64,000 nucleotides of DNA from Candidatus Latescibacterota bacterium (GTDB lineage Bacteria; Latescibacterota; UBA2968; GCA-2709665), in assembly GCA_965203805.1 (NCBI GenBank), contig OZ241917.1, forward strand, positions 4,704,001-4,768,000. Direction: 5' to 3'. A program made the translations under genes and the position numbers. The notes beneath the pieces are model-generated. The model saw only the letters and a program-made list of their open reading frames with translations. It ran no database searches and had not been told where the DNA came from. The stretch's first letter is position 1. Every line of letters begins with the position of its first letter. Of the stretch, positions 58,522-64,000 are shown piece after piece.

Positions 58522-60639
58522 CTATCCGGTTTCCAACCGGGGAGCTACTGCCGTTAACGGCAGCATGACGCGCATGGTTGTTCCGTTACCCCTGCCTTCG
58601 CTGGACGGTTCGATTCGTCCACCGGAAGCAATGACGAAGTTGGCCGCCGAATGGAGACCGAGCCCGCTGCCCGATTTCTTCGTGGTATAACCGGGGGTAA
58701 AAAGCACGCGGGTGTCCTTGTGTTCAATTCCGATGCCGTTGTCGATGACTTCAAGGTTGAGGTAGCCGTCCACGGCGCTTGCCTTGATCCGGATGCTCGG
58801 GGTTTCCTGGAGACCGAACAAGACTGCATGTTCATCGATGGCTTCAATTGAATTCTTGACAAGGTTTACCAGCATCTGGTGAAACTGGCTCTCACGGACA
58901 CGAATCTGCTGTGGTGCATCCTCACAGTTGACGTCGGTCCGGATCCCTCTCCGGGCGAGTGATTCTCTCAAGACTCTGAGAGAGCCGGCGAGAGCATCGT
59001 AGAGGTCGACATCCTTGCTATCCATATCGGAACCGTCAAGCGCCTTCTGGGTTCGGATGATGTCCGCGATGCGATTGGCGCGGTCTCTAACGCGGGATAC
59101 CGTTTTCATCAACTCGTCGTTCCGTCTGCCGAAGTCTTCAGCCAGCTTGATGATGAACGGCATGACCTTTCGCCCCTGCGGATCTTTTGAAATGTAGTCG
59201 ATCCAATCGTCCCGGTGTGCGTCGATTGCGCTGGCCAGTGCGAATAGTCGCCGGCCGGCGCGGTCATTCGAGAGATTCCGTCGGACAGTTTCGATCCCGG
59301 TGGTAACACTGTTCATCGCGTTGCCGATATTGTGGAGAATGGTGTCGACCATCTCCAGCCTCCCCTGGTCGAATGCCCGCGCCAATGCCTCCTCGGCGAG
59401 CACCCGCTCCGTAACGTCGCGAAAGATAACCACGCCTCCCCTGATATCGCCCAGGTTGTCGAGCAAGGGCCGCGCGCTCATCCGGATGTAAACGCCTTCC
59501 GGCTTTTTGTCGTTGCGTACAAAGACATCCTCCTCGTCCGTAGACTCACCGCGGTTTATTGCGCGCATGAGCGGCAGGTCTTCCGTCTTCATTGGTGATA
59601 CGCGGTCGGGAAAGTACATACCGTGTTTTCCAGCACAATCGTCAGGAAACCCGTCTATGATGTCCATCCCGACGATCTGTGTGGCGCCCGGATTTACGTA
59701 AAGGAACTTCCCGTCGGTATCGGCAACGATGATGCCGTCACTCATGCTCTTGAGGATGGTCTCCATCAACTCGGCCTGTTCCTGCAGTTTGGCGAACGTC
59801 CGTTCCAACTCAGCTTCCGCCTGCTTTAATTTCGTCACGTCACGGATAACGGCCACTCCGCCTCTTGGCGATCCCAACCGGTCCAGCAGGGGTCTTGCGC
59901 TTATGTTCACGTGGACCCCGTCGGGCTTCAGTTCGTTGCGTATCAGGAACTCGGTTTCTTCGGTTGCCTGGCCTCTGAGGGCAAGCATCAGCGGATTCAG
60001 ATCCTCGCTGAGGACGGTCTGCCCGTCGGGCAGAAATACACCGTATCTTTCGGGCCACCTGGCGATGTCCTTTTCCAGCGGATGGCTACCGCCGATTCGA
60101 GGCCCGCTTGAATTTTGAAACAGGATCGTCCCGTCTTCGTCTACAGCCACCACGCCCTCACTCATGCTGTTGAATACCGTTTCCATGAGTTCCGCATGGT
60201 TCTTGTATTCACCGATTGTTCGTTCAAGGACAATCCGTGTTATTCGATGTTCGCGCTCCCCCTCGCGAATGGAGACGGCGGACTGGATATTCAAATGGAG
60301 CTGCCGTGCGTCGACAGGTTTGAGCACGTAGCCGTACGGTTTCGTCGTCTGTGCCTGTTCAATCAGGTCTCCCTCTACACCGTCGGTCATGTACATGACG
60401 GGAACGTCGAACCGCTGGCACAGGCGTTTGCCAACCGTCGGCCCGGTCACGTCGCCGAGAAGTCCGAGGTCGACCAGCGCCAAGTCGGGTCGCGCTTCAA
60501 CGGCGACAGTATCGACCTTCCGTCCGTCTGAAACGACCGCGGACACGATGTATCCCATCTCTTTCAGGCAGGCCTTCAGATGCGTTGCCAAAGACTCGTC
60601 GTCTGCTGCAATCAGGATTCGCGGTTCCGCGTTCATCAA
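58522..60639 (-). CDS. Cytoplasmic hybrid histidine kinase (REC-PAS-PAS-HisKA-HATPase)
   Basis: ALVDL receiver, two MS(E/D)G(V/I) PAS domains, ILHNIGN H-box, NLVKNS, DNGIG, GSGLGL; no TM. Confidence 0.9.
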   Translation of the reverse strand: MMNAEPRILIAADDESLATHLKACLKEMGYIVSAVVSDGRKVDTVAVEARPDLALVDLGLLGDVTGPTVGKRLCQRFDVPVMYMTDGVEGDLIEQAQTTKPYGYVLKPVDARQLHLNIQSAVSIREGEREHRITRIVLERTIGEYKNHAELMETVFNSMSEGVVAVDEDGTILFQNSSGPRIGGSHPLEKDIARWPERYGVFLPDGQTVLSEDLNPLMLALRGQATEETEFLIRNELKPDGVHVNISARPLLDRLGSPRGGVAVIRDVTKLKQAEAELERTFAKLQEQAELMETILKSMSDGIIVADTDGKFLYVNPGATQIVGMDIIDGFPDDCAGKHGMYFPDRVSPMKTEDLPLMRAINRGESTDEEDVFVRNDKKPEGVYIRMSARPLLDNLGDIRGGVVIFRDVTERVLAEEALARAFDQGRLEMVDTILHNIGNAMNSVTTGIETVRRNLSNDRAGRRLFALASAIDAHRDDWIDYISKDPQGRKVMPFIIKLAEDFGRRNDELMKTVSRVRDRANRIADIIRTQKALDGSDMDSKDVDLYDALAGSLRVLRESLARRGIRTDVNCEDAPQQIRVRESQFHQMLVNLVKNSIEAIDEHAVLFGLQETPSIRIKASAVDGYLNLEVIDNGIGIEHKDTRVLFTPGYTTKKSGSGLGLHSAANFVIASGGRIEPSSEGRGNGTTMRVMLPLTAVAPRLETG

Positions 60640-60710
60640 TGCTGTTCGCTTTCTTTACACGGGTGAGTGGCTGCAGGACAGTCTGACAAAACCGGTTCCC
60701 ATCCGCCCGT

Positions 60711-61943
60711 TCATTCCGCGGCGGCGTTCTCCCACGACACCCGCACTCCTTTCTTTCTGAATGCGGCGATATGCGCGCGTGCGGACTCACGTGAAAGGGG
60801 GTTTCCGCGTAAGGTCAGTCTGGTGAGTTTGCCGAGTGCGGCAAGGTGTGAAATGTCCGTGACCCGGTTTTGCGCGAGATTGAGCGTTGCGAGGTTAACC
60901 AGCCCGGTGAGCGGCTTGATGTTGCTGATGGCGTTATTGTGAAGGTGCAGGTGCCGGAGATTGGCCAATCCGGATATCGGCGATATGTTTGTGATGCCGT
61001 TGTGCCCCAGATGAAGCCGCTTCAGTTCACTCAGCCCCGCCAGCGGCCCCAAATCGCTGATCGCGTTCCTGTCAACGTAAAGGCGGGTCAGCCTGGCCAG
61101 CCCCGAAAGCGGCGTCAGGTCGTTGATCCCATTCCTGTCCAGGTCCAGTTCCTTCAGATTTTCCAGGGCTGACAATGGCCTCAAGTCACTGATTCCGTTG
61201 CTGTCCAGTCGCAGCGACGTCAGCACGGCCAGCCCGAAAAGGGGCGACAGGTCGCTGATTCCGTTGCTGTCGAGGTCCAATTCCTTCAGGTTTTCCAGAC
61301 CTGCCAACGGTTTCAAATCGCTGATGCCGTTGCCCTCAAGGCGGAGCCCCGTCAGGCTGGTCAGGCCCGATAGCGCCGATACGTCGGTGATGCCGTTGTT
61401 GTCCAGGTCCAGTTCCTTCAGGTCAGTCAGCCCTGACAGAGGCTGGATGTCACTGATGCCATTCCCTTCCAGGCGCAATCTGATCAGAGTTGTCAGCCCG
61501 GCCAGTGGCGAGACGTCGCTGATGCCGTTGTCGCCGAGATAGAGCCTCTCGAGGCTTCGGAGCCTTGAGAGCGGTGTGATATCGCTGATCCGGTTTCCAT
61601 CGAGCCGCAGCCTCTTCAGGCGGGTCAGTCCGGAGAGAGGCGCAAGATCGCTGATGGCGTTGTTGTCGAGACCCAGCACAACCAGGTTCTTGGCGTGCTC
61701 CAGCCCGTTGAGTTGGACGATTCTGTCATTCCGCGCATTCAGGCGCGACAATCTCGCCAGGTCGGCCGCCCTGAGCGGCTCGCCCTTCGCCATATTCAGA
61801 GAATCCCGGACAACCGATCGCAACCGTTCGTCGGGAATCAACAAGGGTCCGGAATCGGGTGCGGAAGGTCTCGCGGCCTGCCGCGGTCCGGCGCATCCGA
61901 TAAAGGAAATGACAACCACCAGGAATGTGAAGGCGCAACGCAT
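60711..61943 (-). CDS. Internalin-like leucine-rich repeat lipoprotein
   Basis: Signal peptide with FIGC lipobox, IPDERLR cap, about 15 22-aa LRRs (L..L.L..N.I.D..PL..L). Confidence 0.9.
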   Translation of the reverse strand: MRCAFTFLVVVISFIGCAGPRQAARPSAPDSGPLLIPDERLRSVVRDSLNMAKGEPLRAADLARLSRLNARNDRIVQLNGLEHAKNLVVLGLDNNAISDLAPLSGLTRLKRLRLDGNRISDITPLSRLRSLERLYLGDNGISDVSPLAGLTTLIRLRLEGNGISDIQPLSGLTDLKELDLDNNGITDVSALSGLTSLTGLRLEGNGISDLKPLAGLENLKELDLDSNGISDLSPLFGLAVLTSLRLDSNGISDLRPLSALENLKELDLDRNGINDLTPLSGLARLTRLYVDRNAISDLGPLAGLSELKRLHLGHNGITNISPISGLANLRHLHLHNNAISNIKPLTGLVNLATLNLAQNRVTDISHLAALGKLTRLTLRGNPLSRESARAHIAAFRKKGVRVSWENAAAE

Positions 61944-62332
61944 GCGAGACCTTCTTCATCGGCCGCCGGCGCGCGGCGGATGCTGGAAATGGGCGTAGTT
62001 GTGCCCATTCGATAGCGTAAACCTGGGTCGGTAAGATCACAGGTCCACTGCCGGTGGGTGAAAAAACGGTGATTCGTAAGATTCGGCCGTGAAGATAAGG
62101 CGAAAACAGCGTCTTTACAACTCAAAACGGAAACGGCCCGAGTCGTCAAGGATCGGGCCAATGGAGGAGTCGGCGACGGGTCGAAAGGCCGGCGACGGCT
62201 GATGCGGTAGGGGGATGTCAATTCCCATGCTCAGCCGTGACCGCAACCCACACGCCCGAACTCCAGGGAACGATGTGGGAAGGTGGGGCCTGCCTGCAGC
62301 GCAGGGCACTGCGCAGGCAGGCGTACACGCAC

Positions 62333-62362
62333 AGGCAGGCAGACATTCCTGTCTGCCTGCCT
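62333..62362. repeat. REP-like palindrome with extended stem
   Basis: AGGCAGGCAGAC-ATTCCT-GTCTGCCTGCCT. Confidence 0.8.
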
Positions 62363-62616
62363 CGATGTCTTTCCGACGGGAAGGAGATACCTGAAGGGAC
62401 TATTCGAGCCATGGGGAGCGGGTAGAGGGATTTCCGCCGGGAAACGGAGATAGGCTTCCCGGATTCCGGACGCTTCGCAGGCGGCGGAATTCTGGCTGGA
62501 AACGCGCTATCGCGCGGATTACGACGAAGGAATTTTATGGCGCGGTCGCGATTGGTGTTCCACAGGCGCGGCGGTCTCCCAGGTTTTTTCTTTCGATTGT
62601 CTTCGAATTCAGGCGT

Positions 62617-63045
62617 TTAGAAAACGATAATTCCAGTACCGAAGTAACCCAATATCGTACCGATTGCAACGGCCACCCAAAAAATGGTTGAATTACGTAC
62701 CTGACGATATTCGATGTTGACGATGTCTGCATATTGCAGCGTAAACTCCGTTCCGCCATTTCCACGGGCATAGCCTTTGAAGGGGGTAACTGTGAACGAT
62801 GTCAGGCCGACCTCTTCGATTACACACTCTATAACCTGACCTTTGATCGGCGCACGGGAGCCCTCGCGGATTTCTATCCTTACGACCATACCCTCGGTAA
62901 GTTTGCTCAGAACCTGGTCTCGCATCGAAGCTTGTTTGCTAACCTCGGGGACCTCGTTCGCTCTCGTCAGGGGTCGCCAGGCGCTGCATCCAAACGTTTG
63001 CAGCGCAATCGCAAGAATCAGGACGATACTGATGGCGCGTAACAT
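62617..63045 (-). CDS. Hypothetical lipoprotein with C-terminal TM helix (paralog 1)
   Basis: TFGC lipobox, GAGGAGG RBS, hydrophobic C-terminus; clearly similar to 63211-63690. Confidence 0.75.
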   Translation of the reverse strand: MLRAISIVLILAIALQTFGCSAWRPLTRANEVPEVSKQASMRDQVLSKLTEGMVVRIEIREGSRAPIKGQVIECVIEEVGLTSFTVTPFKGYARGNGGTEFTLQYADIVNIEYRQVRNSTIFWVAVAIGTILGYFGTGIIVF

Positions 63046-63210
63046 TTGTCTGCCTCCTCATTATGTGACATCGTGACGGCAATGTTCGAGGCCGCACAAT
63101 CGGTTCGTCCAGGCGACGATGAGGAAACTCCGGAAGGCCGTTCATTCTGTGGTCCAAGTAGCGTTACGTGGACAGGACGGTACTTCAATTGTCCCGGGTA
63201 GGAAGTTCGG

Positions 63211-63690
63211 TCAGTCCAACGTGATCCCGGAAATTGCATGACTGAAGAGGTATAAACCCAGTGCCACTCCGACCGCAATGCCCGCCACAAAGACGCCAAA
63301 TCCACGTTTCGATTCGCTATATTCGATACTTTCGATATCTGTATAGTTCAACGTCAACTTCCGACTGACATTATCGGGGAAGACAAATCTCGCCCTGACA
63401 TTATCGGGAAAGACAAATTTCGCCGAAGCGGTTACTGTCAGCGACGTTGGACCGACTCTTTCAACAACACATTCGATAACTTGACCAACGGCCGGCGTAC
63501 GGGTACCGTCGCGGATCTTTATCCTTGCGCGCATACCCTCTTTGAGTTTACCGAAAACCTGGTCTCGCATCAGAAACTGTCTGGTTTCCTCGGGGACCTC
63601 GTTCGCACGGGCTAGTTGTCGCCAGGTGCTGCATCCGACGATTTGCAACGCTATCGCTACGATCAGGACAATATTGACGGCGCGAATCAA
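63211..63690 (-). CDS. Hypothetical lipoprotein with C-terminal TM helix (paralog 2)
   Basis: IVGC lipobox; shares RANEVPE, MRDQV..KL.EGM, GQVIECV with paralog 1. Confidence 0.75.
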   Translation of the reverse strand: MIRAVNIVLIVAIALQIVGCSTWRQLARANEVPEETRQFLMRDQVFGKLKEGMRARIKIRDGTRTPAVGQVIECVVERVGPTSLTVTASAKFVFPDNVRARFVFPDNVSRKLTLNYTDIESIEYSESKRGFGVFVAGIAVGVALGLYLFSHAISGITLD

Positions 63691-63910
63691 TTCGTATCCT
63701 CCTCAGATTCTGACACGGTGGCGGCATTGTCGCACGCCATCCGGGAATTCGCCCTCACGAGGATGAGGAGTCCGCGGACGGCCGGTGGAGGGGTGGCTAT
63801 GATGCGGGGGGTGGGTGGGGCAACACTGTCCCGGCATCGGACAGACTCATCATCGACACATGGTTCCATTCACTCTCTTCTAGAGCCTGTCTGGCGAATG
63901 GTGAGGCGAT

Positions 63911-64000
63911 CTACTTTGACACTCCCATCGCCCTTGCCCAAATCATTATCACAGTCGTTACCACGGCCAACGCAATATTGCCCTGTAGATCCGCTCTTCT
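63911..64000 (-). CDS. C-terminal end of a membrane-anchored protein (partial)
   Basis: Open frame from the window edge RRADLQGNIALAVVTTVIMIWARAMGVSK*. Confidence 0.4.
   Translation of the reverse strand, partial: RRADLQGNIALAVVTTVIMIWARAMGVSK

Overview
64-kb window of a high-GC bacterial chromosome. The gene mix (many TA loci, internalin-like LRR and TPR-like proteins, heparinase/enolase-type catabolic genes) suggests an uncultured environmental or host-associated lineage, but that is inference only. No rRNA, tRNA, CRISPR array, integrase or transposase was recognised. Contents in order: an FAD oxidoreductase/4Fe-4S membrane protein pair; a heparinase II/III-CocE-SDR-aminotransferase cluster; a plant-type ilvC; a lower-GC RHH-GNAT-XRE three-gene module with its own operator-bearing promoter; DUF2089/DUF4097; an M24/kelch/rhamnonate-dehydratase-like cluster; csp, SMR, ROK, cutA; glyA divergent from pyrB; sppA; a ~21-kb mostly co-oriented run of small modifying enzymes (GNAT, methyltransferases, Nudix, APH, AAC(3), dcd) with TA loci; a hybrid kinase plus sigma54 activator; an LRR lipoprotein; and tandem paralogous lipoproteins. 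Most notable signals: (1) a ~68-bp conserved core wrapped in inverted heptamer arrays, present twice in inverted orientation; (2) a probable leaderless-peptide attenuator in front of pyrB; (3) the RHH-GNAT-XRE module; (4) 23-24-nt mini-repeats inserted into copies of themselves at the same position; (5) a -24/-12 + IHF + UAS promoter in front of the sigma54 activator itself. All calls come from reading motifs by eye; no searches were run.
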